A DNA stretch of 55,853 nucleotides, filler included, from Bipalium vagum (lineage: Eukaryota), in assembly GCA_037834085.1 (NCBI GenBank). It is 3 parts of 3 records of this genome, joined end to end, with 100 filler letters (N's around TTAATTAATTAA, not from the genome) between each part and the next. Parts side by side here need not be neighbours in the genome. Positions count along the whole stretch, not along the records: positions 1 to 21,561 come from JBBMKC010235595.1; positions 21,662 to 39,898 come from JBBMKC010035468.1; 1 more part is not named here. The stretch is one strand, 5' to 3'. Numbering within the stretch: position 1 is the stretch's first letter; the number at the start of each line of letters is the position of its first letter. Of the stretch, positions 13,805 through 26,530 are shown piece after piece. The notes below the pieces were generated by a model that saw nothing but the letters and a program-made list of their open reading frames with translations, did no database searches and was not told where the DNA came from. Made by a program: the position numbers and the translations under genes.

Positions 13805-14638
13805 AATTTGAAAGAGTCATGATGCTAATGCTTAAATTGATAAATTGAAACGAACTGGAATATTCGTGAACATGAACACTGGGACATGGACATCAAAAAC
13901 AATAAAAATCTGTTAGGATTATAAAATAACTGCGAGCCGTACATTTATTCATAATTAAAGATATTAAATTAATGACCGACTTTAATCGACCTAAATCAAT
14001 TTCTCATTGTTTTATTGTTTAATGTATTTTAATGAGATAATTACGGCTTACCAACTCCCATTTGAAGGGCGTATATATTAGGAGAACTTTAACTAAAATA
14101 ACTAAGAAAATAAATTATTTTATAAATATGTATATTTTATTAAAAAAAACTTTTACAAATTGGGTTCTTTTAATATTTGTTATTATAATTAATTTTTAGT
14201 TAAAATTTATACACTCTTGATTAGGAAAAATCGAAGAGGTCCTGTGTTTAGAAAAACCGTACTCTAAACCCTAGAGGTTCGTACAGTAGCGTTGCAGAAT
14301 AAAAAAAGAAGGAAATTGGAAAATTTTATTAAGAAGCGATAATGTAGACTGCTTTAATTATCGAATTATGTATTTAATTATACGAACACAATTTTATATT
14401 GATAACTCTTCTTTTACGATTAATTATGGGACTTAAATTTTTACCTATAAATTTATTTTATCCTCAGCAAATAATTGTTTTGATTCAAAAATTTTGTGCG
14501 ATTTTACTGTTGAAAACAGAGGTTTGTATAGTCCCTTTTTCAACTTTTAAGCTTTCTTATTGGCTCTTTATAAAATTACTAAATTTTATTAATATTTTAA
14601 TAATTTTATACAATAATTACTATAATTAGGCAATAGGC

Positions 14639-14990
14639 AGTGAAGGACATGTAATGCCTACTTTCTTCTTCTTACAATGCCTTAGAATGACTTATGCTAT
14701 CAACATTGAGGTCCTGAAAACAGTAATGAAGCCCTTGATTGACTCAGTAAGAAATGGGAGGTTTTTATGTTTTCCAACAAGATTCTAATCCATCACATAT
14801 GGATAAATAATTTTAAGAATGGATGACTGAAAATTTTCATGACCACATTACTCATGATATTTAACCACCCAACTTCCCAGATCTAAATTCATTGGACTAC
14901 TAAGTATGGGGAGTTATTGAGAAAGAGGTTAATAAATATTTCCAAAATACTTTTGATTTGCTGAAAGCCATCATACTCAGTATAATGTAT
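14639..14990 (+). mobile_element. maT (DD37D, Bmmar1-like) transposase fragment
   Basis: Translates SEGHVMP.FF..VLKTVMKPLID.VRNGR/YVFQQDSNPSH..EWMTENFHDH..PPNFPDLNSLDY*VWG. Confidence 0.85.
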
Positions 14991-15846
14991 AATAATTTGA
15001 ACTCAAATTTCTATAAACTTAAAAAAGAGAAGTATAAAATTTTAATTTATCCTGAGAATATAAAATTTGAGAACAATCGACCACTTTTTTCCTTAAAAAT
15101 AATTTACAAACTTGGTTATTGCAACTTTTTAGTATATTTATCATGAAAGTACTTGGTTACTTGTGAGTGTTTAATCTTGCGTAAACATACTCGTACTAGG
15201 CTCAAAATTTCCCTCTGGTCAATAAAGAACTATTTAATAATCTTTTTATTATAATACAATGTCAGTTTATACATCAAGAAATAAAAGTGATAACAGCTTC
15301 TAAATTGTCAATAAAATGTGTAAATAAAAAATATCGATTATATAAATGCTAATATAAAAACAGATATTGACACCGTAATAATAAAAAAATGTTACTATTT
15401 TCTTAAATCGAAATGTGTAACTTTAAGTTCAACTTTCCTAACTCCTCAAGTTGTTGATAATGCGCTTGTTAAATCTAAATTATTTCGAAAATCTATCCTC
15501 TGTTAACTTAAAATAATCGAAAATAACTTTATCTTAATACCATGAATCAAAAATAACCACAATATTATTTACTTCCAATTAATTATGATAAATGAAAACT
15601 ATTCACGATAAACTTTATTTCACTAAACGCTACTGGAAATCGTTCACAAAATCAATCACATAAAATAAAACCAAGTCAATGTAATGTTAATCAAATAATC
15701 GTTCAATATATCAATAAAATAAATATTAAACCACACATATTGCAGTAATTAATATCAAGAATAATTGTTCGATTTAATTAAAACAGATAAATCCCAAAAA
15801 TAAAATTAAGAATAAGATACTAAATGCTTATTTTTAGCGTATCAAA

Positions 15847-16247
15847 TGTAATCTGACTCCGAATATCAGATAGTACAAAATAACAACAATCAGTAATAAC
15901 TTGTATTTATATTCCACACGAATAACAATAAAAATCAATATAAGGATAATAAAAAATAAAAACTTTCAGATTGTCCAATATAATAAAAGAATAATCAAGT
16001 AAAAATCAATTAACCTAAACAAAATAAAATATAGTTAATAATAATAATTAAAATTTTAAAAGGGAAAACAAAAACAATCTTCATCTTCAGTCTAAACTCC
16101 CGAACTATCAACTGAGTCCTTAAAGTTGCTCATAGATAGTCCTCTGGTTGTGAATTTAAATATAATCCCAAACAACCGAAAACACAATAAAAAAGTACTT
16201 AAATATTTCAGTCTTCTCTGAATAATACGTTTTCTTCTGCGAATAAT
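15847..16247 (+). repeat. Dispersed repeat, copy 2 (possibly LTR-derived)
   Basis: Homologous to 12416-12768. Begins with TGTAATCTGACTCC, an LTR-like TGTAA start. Confidence 0.8.
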
Positions 16248-16888
16248 TTTTCTATTCTTATAAAATCAATAATAAACTTCTATCGAGATATTAGAAGAAT
16301 CAGAGGTGTCGTAAGATTTCTTTGGAGACTTCTATAAGCTTTCAGTAATGTTGATGCAGCAGGAGTATGCATTGTTGAGGACCTAGTGGTCACCACACAG
16401 AAAAAAATTGTTTTAAAATTTCCTTTTGTGGCACAGTTTTTCATTTTTCTTCTGATTTTGAATTAAATTTTTTAATAATCTGATTTTAGAACTGAATTTT
16501 TTAATAAATAATAACTTTGAGATTAATATTTTAATTATCGATTTTTTTCTTTGCATTGATATTAATTCATATAATCTATTGTTATATTATAGCATTGACG
16601 TTAATCCAAATACATTGACAATGAACTTGTTTGTTGTATAGGCACTAACATAGTGTAATTTAAACATTGAGTTTGCTATTATGTAAAAATGAAAATGTAG
16701 AATCATTTAGTAATTATTTTGATTCACAGGTTAAGTTAATGGTGGTTATTTTGATTCACACGTGTAAGAACATGTTAATAACTATTAGTGAGGGTCACTA
16801 AAAGTTATACTTTGTTATAAAAATAGCAAATTTGAAGAGAATTATATTCTTCAGCAGTTTTTAATAATATATTTAAATTTTTAAAATA

Positions 16889-18538
16889 CAGTGCAACTTC
16901 TATTTTGGACCACAAAATTTCAAAAGTGATCCAAAAAGAGAAATTGGTCCAACATTAGAAGATAAGACATAAGAAGGCTATAAAACATGTTTTATATGAA
17001 CTTTTATGGATGTAATAATAGAAATTTAAAAAACAACAATAAGTCCAATAATTAATAATATATTAGGTTGAGGCATAATGTTTTGCCGAAAAAATGAAAT
17101 AAGTTTAAATAGAAATTTTTTTTAAAAAAACACTCATCAGTCATATAATCACCATTTTTCTCGACAATCATTTGCAATCTCTGAGGTAGTTTCATGATTC
17201 CATCCAGGTAGAATTTTTGGGATTTTGATTCAAAGAATAGAGTCACTACAGTTTTGCAAGCTTCAAAGGAATCAAACAGCTTCCCATTAAGAGAGTTCTG
17301 CAGCAATCGAAACAGATAATAATCCGAAGGTGCTATATCTGGAGAATATGGAGGGTGTATAAGAAGATCCAATCAAAGTCATTCAGTTTCCGTAGAGTTT
17401 GAAAAGACTTGTTTGGTCTTGCATTGTCCTGTTTAAATAATACATTATTTCTATTGACCAAAGCGAGACTTTTTTCTTCAAGAGCACATTTCAGATTGTC
17501 TAACTGTGCACAATACCTTTCGGAATTTATAGTTTCATTGCTTGGCAGAAGTTCATGATAGATTATTCCAGACTAATCCCACCAAACACATAACATTACT
17601 TTGCTTTGGTGTAATTCTGGTTTCGGAACTGATACCGGACTCCCAGATTGCATTCGCCAATGCCGTTTTCGCTTAGCGTTATTGAAAAGGATCCACTTTT
17701 CATCTCCTGTTACAATTTGTTTTAAAATTGAATCATTTTTGTTTCTGTTCAACAAAGAAATGCAAGCAGAAAATCGGTCATATTTGTTTTTTCTGATAAT
17801 GCATGTGGAATCCGTTCACATCTGTTCACACATCCAATAGACTTTAAATGTCTTCCAACTGTGGTCTGGACTATATGTAACATAAATCCAATTTCGCGTT
17901 TTGTTAGATGAGGATTATTTTCTACCAGTTCTTTGATTTTTTCATCATCAACTGTAGGTGGTCGTCCAGAAGAAGTTCTTTTTTCAAGACTGATGTCACC
18001 ATCACGGAATTTTGTGAACCATACACGAACAGTTCTTTCTTTAACTGCATTCTTTCCGTGTACATTACATATCTTTCTGGTCGTTTCTGAAGCATTTTTC
18101 CCTTTCTTAAAATAGTAAAACATAATTGATCTAAAAATTGTATCTTCAGTAACCATTTCTAAAATTAAAAAATATACAATTTAAAACAAAAGTCATATTT
18201 CATTATGATAGTATCAATAAACGATTAATTATCTATTATCTTAAATATATAAATAAATTTTGCAAAAAAAATTTCAAACAATATCATGTCATTAAACATG
18301 ATGACTAAAAATCGGCAAAACATCATACCTCAACCTAATATTTCAACACTTTTGAATTATATAATCTGTAATTTTTCATTTTGAAAATGTTATATACCAA
18401 AATATTATTAAAATAAATTTTTAAATTTTTAAACAAGTTATTGAAATATTTGGACCAAGAATTTAATTTTTTTATATGAAAATTTCGAGAAATATGATAA
18501 TAAGTACAAATTATTGGTTCAAAATAGAAGTTGCACTG
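16889..18538. mobile_element. Tc1-type MITE (about 370 bp of its own sequence) hosting a nested mariner
   Basis: 24-bp TIR CAGTGCAACTTCTATTTTG(G/A)ACCA with one mismatch, TA on both sides. No coding capacity outside the nested element. Confidence 0.88.
17063..18338 (-). mobile_element. Full-length (1276 bp) but frameshifted mariner, mellifera-like
   Basis: 27-bp TIR TTAGGTTGAGG(C/T)AT(A/G)ATGTTTTGCCGA with TA flanks. ORFs carry YFKKGKNAS..WFTKFRDGD..SGRP, IVTGDEKWI, KVMLCVWWD and HPPYSPDIAPSDYYLF. Confidence 0.95.
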
Positions 18539-21500
18539 TATTAAATTTTTACTTCTTAAAAAATTAGATTAACATGTTTTAATCTTACTCTTTGACTATG
18601 CTTTGGTTTAACAGAAATCAGATCGAATAACTTTACGGTTTATTAATATGACAATCACATTAAGATATAGTTCTCAGGGAATACAATAAGACAACAAACA
18701 ATCGATCAAAATGTTAAATTATGTTTGTCTATCAATGATTATGTAAAGAGGGATATAATAATAACTGCTGTTCTATGCATTAAATTACGTAAATGTTAAA
18801 ATAAATAATAAAATGAAATTCTGATTATAGATTAACAACACTAGAAAAATATTTTTATAAAAATCGCTCTCACCAACACGAAACTTTGTTAACCCTTTGG
18901 CCGTCAGTTGGACACCTTGTGATTGTCTAAAGACGACTCAGTTCCTCATGATTGAATGCATATCTTTCGATAAAATCTGTATGAACTTACTGGTTTTAAA
19001 CAAAATTGAATTCTTCTTTAATCTTCTTCAGCAATTCCAATCTCAATCTTCATTTTAACAAATTTTATTATCTTTCTGCATTAAATTATAAGAAGCTTCA
19101 CTTTTCTCATCTAGTTCCGCAAAGTTAAATTTTAAATAAATCAATTAACTTCTGTTTTCTTTAATAAATTTTCAACTATAGGTTAACACAATTCTATTTA
19201 GTCTGTCGGTAATTTTAATGGAATTTAACTCATTATAATTATTGTAATGATAATATTATCATTACAGACCTTATTGTGATCCTTTACTGTAAGATGTTAC
19301 TGAGAGGTACCTTTGGGTGAATACAAAAAAATGAATACCATATTTTTAACAAATAAAAGAAAATAGAATAAATTTAGTATATCTTTCTTGTAGACTATAT
19401 TTCTTTTTTAATATTCAAAGTGGAAAAAGTAATTGTATAACTTTTTACTTGTGAAGTTTAATATTCTAAAATTAATAAAGTTATTTTATTTATTTTATAA
19501 AAATTTTAACCACTTTCAGCTCATTTACTATCTTTTATTTAGTTTTCAAACTATTATATGTTTCTTGAATTTTATAACTAATATATTCAAATTTCGTTAC
19601 AATTCTCAGATGATTCGAAGCACTTTAATCTTCGCTAATTCTTTGAAGATCTAAACACAAGTATAAATGTATTGCCTTTTAAAAGAATGAATATTTTGAA
19701 AATAGTAATTAGTTAATTTTTTAGAAATATTAATCATATCTAGTGGAATTTCTTGAATATCAAATTGATGTTTCATAAATTTTGATAATAACATTTTTTA
19801 TTTGTGAAATTGTTAATTATTTCATAATTTAAAATCAACCTGACTCCGTACACTAATATTTGGTGTAATTAGTAAAGCAGTGGCGTGTATATAATATATA
19901 ATATAATAATAATATAATAATAATACTCAGAAAATAACAATAATATCAATTATCAGTTCGTCAATATAATGTTCAGATAACAATGAAATCGATCACCAAA
20001 CTTTAAATTGAATATCAATTATCAAGTTGTTGAGGAAATGTTAAGATAATGATGATATCATTTAATGAAGTCAAAACTAATTATTAAATTGTCAATTTCA
20101 GGAGGATCTGAACATAATCCATGATAAAAATAGATTAATCTGTATTCTTCAAAAAATTTCTTGAATATCAGATTGATTAGTACATTTTTCATAAATGTTA
20201 ATAATAGTATTTTTTTATTTGTGAAATTGTTAATTATTTCATAATTTTCTGGGGTAAGTTTATCTTTTCTATAAATATTTAAACTTTCAATTTTACTAAT
20301 GCTACACTTTGTATTTATTAACAGTTATTTTGAAATAAAATACTCACAATAGCCTTTACAGATTGAATCAAAATAATCACACAATAACCTTTACTGATTG
20401 AATAAAAATTTACAATAAACTTTTATTTCACTAAAAAATATATAAATCGATCAAAATGAATTGGGTCCCAAAAATCACTCAAAATCACATATTATAACAA
20501 AGTCTTTCGAATCAATGAGGAACTTCAATAGAATAATTAAAGTAAATTTATTATCAACGGATTACTATAAAAAATTTCAATCAATAAAATATTATTGTTC
20601 TTCCTAAAAAGTGGCTGATTTTAAAAGAAGATTGAACTTGGGCTTTTAGGTCACTTAACAAAGTATCAGAAGGGTTTACGGATGAACGTTCAAGCACAAA
20701 TATAAAAAATTACTGTCACAGTGTAAAACGAATTAAAAAGAAATGAACGAGTGTTTAAAAAATCTTTCACAAACTTTGAATTACAAATTACTTATGAGAT
20801 TTTAACTGATCGATTAGAAATCTATAGACACAGACTTAGTCTAGTGTGCTAAAGCTCTCAAAATTTTGCCAGCTAGCAACTGTGCAAACTTTAAACAAAA
20901 AGAGAAGAAAGAGAAAAACAATAAAACTTTACTTGATCCTCGATTAAGCACCGAGTATTTATTTTGAAGTATTTAATTTAAATTTTAAGTCAATCGGTTA
21001 AGATTGCTTAAAGGTTGTAATTATTTAATTTAAAATTTATAGGATACTGCTGTTTTGATTGAATCAAATAGAGTATGCGCAATTAAGTAATAATATCAAC
21101 AACAAGGTTTACCAATTAAAGTTCTTGAGGTTTGACGATTCACGGAATTCACGAACTATAATTCTTTTTAATTTTTCCGCGAAATGTCTCCTACTAATAC
21201 AATCTCTTTCTCTGTGGAATGTCTTTTGTTTACACAATAATTGCCGCTGTCTGGATCAATGGAATGTTACAATATTTGTCGCTGTTTGGATCAGTGGAAT
21301 TTCAATTGCTTATATTGAGAACTCGTGTGTTAGACTCGAATGATTGTTTACTGGTTTTTGTTTTTCTTGTCGTTCTATCGTTCTTTTCATTACCTCAGTT
21401 AATCCTTTTATATAATATTTTTTCTAATTTATTTATTTTTAGGAAGTACGAAAATACTTATATAATTTATTGTATTTTCTTTTCTTATTATAAAACTCAT

Positions 21501-21561
21501 TATTATTATGTGTTACATTTTTCTATATTTAAAAACCCAAAGTTGCTAATTTTAATTTTAC

Positions 21562-21661
21562 NNNNNNNNNNNNNNNNNNNNNNNNNNNNNNNNNNNNNNN
21601 NNNNNTTAATTAATTAANNNNNNNNNNNNNNNNNNNNNNNNNNNNNNNNNNNNNNNNNNNN
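21562..21661. other. Artificial 100-nt gap spacer N44-TTAATTAATTAA-N44
   Basis: The 12-mer gives stops in all six frames; identical to the spacer at 39899-39998. Confidence 0.97.
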
Positions 21662-22529
21662 AACCTTTTTGTTTTTGATGAATTTTCGTCTTTAAATAAT
21701 CGTTTACAAAGTCCAAGGACTTTATGCGCACCCTGTATATTATACAACAGAACAAAATAGAACGGTTATTCACTGAGATAAACAAAACGAATTTTCTTAT
21801 TATGATAATTAACATTGATATTCATACATATCAAAAACGTAAATAATTACCAAAACTTTTGTTCCTATGCTTATCAAAATGGCCCGTGAAATATTGTGCA
21901 TTTTTTTGACTGACACACGTTATTATAAAGCTTGATAATTTATTAATTGGTTCATTATTATTTGAAACTATACGTAGATGTTGGCGAGCTAGTGACTCCA
22001 AGCTAATTGAAAATTGGATGGAAAAATCAAGGTTGTGGGGCTTGTCTTCAGAAAGAAATCCACTTGTTCGAGATGACCTCTCTTCAGTCTATGCTTGCCT
22101 AAGATTAGAATATACCTGGTAACCAAATGCTTCTTTCATAATGATCAGGATTTTTGTTGAGCTTCTACTCGATTCAATATTTAACTTTGGTCAATATATT
22201 CAAGTGTATCTCAAGCTATTCCCATTAAAGCTGTTCTAATTTTCATGTTATTGTTGGCTAAATAATTAACTACCATTTGAAAAATTTTATTTTTTAATAA
22301 TCTTTGTATATTTTGTAAGATTTTCTTGCTCACACTACATCTCATATTAAATTTAAGCACAGGGTGTGTAAAAAGTAAGTATCAGATTTTAAAATGTAAC
22401 ATCATTAAATATACACAAAAAATATGTATCTAAGAATTTTGACAAAATAAAATACGTTTATTAAAAATTGCTGATGAAGACCTTGAAATTTTTTTGAACG
22501 CAAGTAGAGCTCGGTATGCAACTTGGAAT

Positions 22530-22860
22530 TACATGGTATGCAATACCTTGCCAAATCAGACAGCTGTGAAAGACTCAAAAGCTTACTCCGGAGAACAAGA
22601 CAAAAGAGCCAAAAATTGCAGTATGCTTCATAACAAGATTTAAGAAGAAGAATTTTTACATCAGATAGTTACGGGGATGGAAAAGTGGTATATTATGATA
22701 ACCACAAACGGAAAAATATTAGGCTCTTCCAGATGAACCGTCTTTCCCTATTGTGAAGCGTAGTATTCAAAAAGAAAAACTTTTACTGTACATTTTGTGA
22801 GATTTTCTGGGAGTGAAACTGAAACACGCAATACGAATTGACTATATTGTCTGTCAGCAC
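22530..22860 (+). mobile_element. Mariner transposase fragment
   Basis: Reads FLHQIVTGDG/KWYIM..YYDNHKRK across frameshifts (compare FLHRIVTGDEKWIYYDN). Confidence 0.7.
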
Positions 22861-23479
22861 TGAAAAAAAAAATTATAATTTGAAGAGCTAAATAATATTG
22901 TATAGAGTTGTGACGGCAGAGAGTTAATATTTTTGAAGCCTCGCATCTAACAAACAGATGTGCCAGTGGTTCTTCTGGTTTTGAGTTTTGTGACATCCTC
23001 AATATGTGCTTCCATATCTGAAATATAATTGGATAGAGTACGAACTTGCTCGATGGATAAAATGTCAGGTCGAGATGAAATATTTTTGTTTTTGGTAGTT
23101 TTGAAGATCTGATACTAGTGAAAAATCTTCCCGTACTTGGTTGATTACTCCATTTGTGTTTCAATGAGTATTCCATCAGTGTATTGAAAGTAATTTCAAC
23201 ACACATTTTGAGATAAAAAATGATTTCCTCAATGTATTTAAGTTTTTGGATTGGTACGAAGAAGAATCAATTAATCCAATATTAGTAATGGTAAAGCATA
23301 ATAAATGTTATCTTCAGGCTAGTGTTTATTAAAATTTGTTAATTAATTGTGTTTTCAGATTTAGTAGATTAAATAACGTGATTGTCAGATTTAAAAGATC
23401 CCAAATTTCTTTAAAAACCTTTTTCTTTTTAGATGTAAATCCTATACTTATAGGTTCTCGAGAAAGCTATGTTCTCGTT

Positions 23480-23620
23480 AAATACCGCATATCCTTACAA
23501 TTGATCAAAATTGAAATCGCGTTAATTGGTCCAAAGCTACGGTCGATAAATTTAAGCAGGGAACCTCAAAACATGTTTATCACATCTTCAGTGGCAATGA
23601 ATCATGGATATACATATAAA
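23480..23620 (+). mobile_element. Mariner transposase fragment
   Basis: Translates IPHILTIDQN*NRVNWSKATVDKFKQGTSKHVYHIFSGNESWIY, a degenerate WIPHxL ... IVTGDESWIY. Confidence 0.7.
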
Positions 23621-23624
23621 TGGA

Positions 23625-25527
23625 AATGTATTTCTTCACTTTCTCTGTTCCCGCATGAGATAGCAGCTTATGCGTATGTATGATGAATTCTTCTTTCTTC
23701 TCGTGCGGTATCCATATTTTATTGTTCTTTTGATAATTATCGTATTACCTGACAATATGAACTCTTTCTCTTTACCTTTAACAATGTTTTCTTTGATTTT
23801 TCTAATTTCGAGATTATCCCTTTGCCACTGTTCTCCTCTGTCCTCGCTCAGCATATTTAAAATTCTTGTTTTCATCTTTCCAGATTTAGAATCTGCATGT
23901 GACATAAAGCACTGTGTACAGGTTTGTAATGATTCTCATTGTTGACGGAGAACACCAGTATGTCATCCAGTACCTTCCATTTCGTTGAGCACCTTGGTCA
24001 TCAGCTTTTGAAAAAGTCCCGGTGCCGGTGCAATCCCGAAAGGCATTCTATTAAAACAGTAGTGGCCTGATTTTGTAGAGAACTCTGTCTTCTCCTTTGA
24101 TTCTTCTTCCAATTCAACCTGGTAGTAGGCATTCCCTAAATCAATGGAACTAAAATACCGAGCTCCAGCATTTCCAGCATTTTTTCTATATTTGGCATCG
24201 GAAAAACCTGTCTTTCCGTGATGGCGTTCGGCTTTCTGAAATCTAAACAGAGTCGAATATCTTACTTCTCTTTTTTCTACACACAAATGAGTAGTGTGTT
24301 CCAGGGAGATTCGCACTTTCTTATGATTTTATTTTTATGAAGATTTGCAATAGCATCGTCTATTTTGTCCTCCAAATGAAGTGGTTGTCTCCACAGTCTC
24401 ATATTGATGGGGGTTCCTTTCGTCACGATCTTATGTTTCAGAAAGGCCGTGCATCCAACACCCGATTTATCTGCCATAAAAACAATACAGTTGTTTCTTA
24501 AACTCCCCATCTGTCGGAGCTTTTTCTTTTGGGCCCATTTCGTAGCCCTTCGAAACTCCATCATCATTTGAATATCTTCCACTGTTTTGTTCTCTGTCGT
24601 TCTCAGCTATTATGTTAAGATTTTTGTTGTTACGCACCTAATTGTACTAACCGTTTCTGTTCCCCATGGCATCCTCCTGTCATTTCGTCTTCTTTCAATA
24701 TTCATATAACAAACACGATCCGAATGCCCATGTAAGCCGCAAGGATTACACTTCACTGAAGAGCATTGTCTTCGGATGTGCCCTTCTATTTCGCAAGCGA
24801 AACAAGTCGGTTTCCATTTCAGAATGCATTCTCGGCTTATGTGTCCAATCTTGTGACATGTCTAGCATTCTATTATGTTTTTAATTTCATTTCTGTTTAT
24901 TTGTCGCATTTGTGGTTTCTCAAAACGAATTTCCATTCTTGGCCGATGGCTACTGGTTAGGGCTGATGTGTTGCTTTGATATTGTTTTGTTCTTCGTTCT
25001 CCAACTGAATTTATCTTCTCTACTTCAGCTCTACATTCATCCAGCTTTTTTATTATCTTCTTTATTTTGAATTCTCCTTTCACCTCACGCATGCATAATT
25101 CCCTCTTTACTTCTAGTCATTTGAGCAATGAACCAAAAACAGTTTCACCAAGGACTCTTATCCCATGTATGTGACAACAATTTATCCACTGGCTTTTCTA
25201 CTTTTTCAAAGTATTTTTCCGCTGTTTCATTTGTCCTCTTGTAGTGAAGAGCAGCTTGTACGTCTTCAACCATCGAGCTTCTCTTCTGAGATGCTTTGCG
25301 CAACTTTTCGTCAAAAGTTTTCACCTCTACGCTCACGGCTTCATAAGTGGAGATTAATTCTTGGTCCAAAATCCAACCACTAATGCTGTCCTAGAAGAAT
25401 TTGGAATCTTTAATAAAGAGAAGTACTTGTCACATTCTTTAAAAAAATTATCCAGATCATCGTCTCTTCTGAACTTTTCTGGAATCAATCCAGCTGCAAT
25501 AATGTGCAGATGGCGTTGGTGCGCCAT
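23625..25527 (-). mobile_element. Ty3/Gypsy LTR-retrotransposon internal relic (gag with three zinc knuckles, RT, integrase HH)
   Basis: gag starts near 25527 (PEKFRRDDDLDNFFKECDKYF). Knuckles C*TCHKIGHISREC, CFACEIEGHIRRQC and CNPCGLHGHSDRVC at 24710-24870. RT motifs SPWNT, IRLCLDFR, FSSIDLGNAYYQV, NRMPFG and LDDILVFS. Integrase HKLLSHAG near 23660. Protease and RNase H appear deleted. Confidence 0.93.
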
Positions 25528-25685
25528 GTTAGTTACATTGATATTAATAAAAAAATCCTAAACATCCATTTTCAAAAATCTGTATTTATCTATCACAAAA
25601 CTATTTAAACAAAACTATATTATTTAAATATTAATAGTTTAGTTTAAATAATAAAACTTTTAAAATCAAAACTAATTTAAATTCA

Positions 25686-25890
25686 ATTCCAATAAATAGA
25701 ATAGATCAAGCTGCAAAGAAACATGTTGTAAAATTTATTTCAAAAGATTTAAAAAATAGCCATGTTGCTGATGCAGAAATAATACATGAAATATACAATA
25801 TTCAAAATACAACTCCAAGAGAAAAACTTGAAAGAGCTTTAGTAAAAGTAATTATGAAGGGGAAACTATTATTTGGTCAGGGTTTAACAA
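25686..25890 (+). pseudogene. Parvovirus-type phospholipase A2 domain (adintovirus PLA2X-like)
   Basis: Translates PINRIDQAAKKHVVKF.SKDLKNSHVAD..REKLERALVKVIMKGKLLFGQGL, matching the NxLDxAAxxHD..RHxAD..MKxK..GxG pattern. The catalytic HD now reads HV. Confidence 0.8.
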
Positions 25891-25940
25891 GACCTGTTAA
25901 AAATATTGCAAATGAAAATGTACTTGAAGACAAAGCATAA

Positions 25941-26078
25941 TTAATACCAGAAAATATAAAACAATTAGCATATGAACTTCATAAAGAATTTAGAAAACCT
26001 AAACACTATCTTAAAGTTAAAGTTTTTAGTAAAGATGATATTTGGGCAACAGATTTAACACTTGTATCAAGAGAAAAA
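25941..26078 (+). pseudogene. Maverick retroviral-like integrase, N-terminal fragment
   Basis: Translates LAYELHKEFRKPKHYLKVKVFSKDDIWATDL (compare LAxELHKP..V..xDDIWxADL). Truncated after the first catalytic Asp. Confidence 0.85.
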
Positions 26079-26115
26079 TCCGTTTCTGAAAAAATTCAAA
26101 ATTTTATTTTAAAAA

Positions 26116-26530
26116 TGATTTTAAATTTACTTGAATTCTTCTGTAAATATGGAATTAATACAACTTCCAATTTTGATTTATTAGATATAGCTGAAGATTT
26201 AGAGATACATTTAAAAGTTTTAATGCGGGTTGAAATCTATTGTTTTTTCAAACAACGAAAGATTAATTAAAAGAAAAACATATTAAATCAGAAATTCAAT
26301 CCGAATGATTAAGTATCATAGTTGTGCCTTTAATTATTAAAATAGAAATCAAAAAGGAATTCATTGGGTTGGATATTACAATGGTTATTACTTTGATTCT
26401 TATAGTTTACCACCCCTTAAAGATTTAGATAAACATGTAAAGGAACATAATACATTTGATTTTCAAAATGAAACGGATTTAAAATATTTGCGGACAATTA
26501 ACCTTTTTTTATATCAACTTTACATTTGTA
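26116..26530 (+). pseudogene. Adenain-like cysteine (maturation) protease relic
   Basis: Motifs TSNFDLLDIAEDLEI..VLMRVEI, KGIHWVGYYNGYYFDSYSLPP and FQ..(frameshift)ICGQ give the His, Asp and Gln/Cys catalytic motifs in order. Confidence 0.85.

Noticed and set aside
18890-19060. Possible Gypsy RT scrap on the minus strand (IGIAEED..)
   Set aside because: Too short and degenerate to call.
21219-21815. ORFs ending in XXX-LIN
   Set aside because: They run into the N spacer and stop in the artificial linker.
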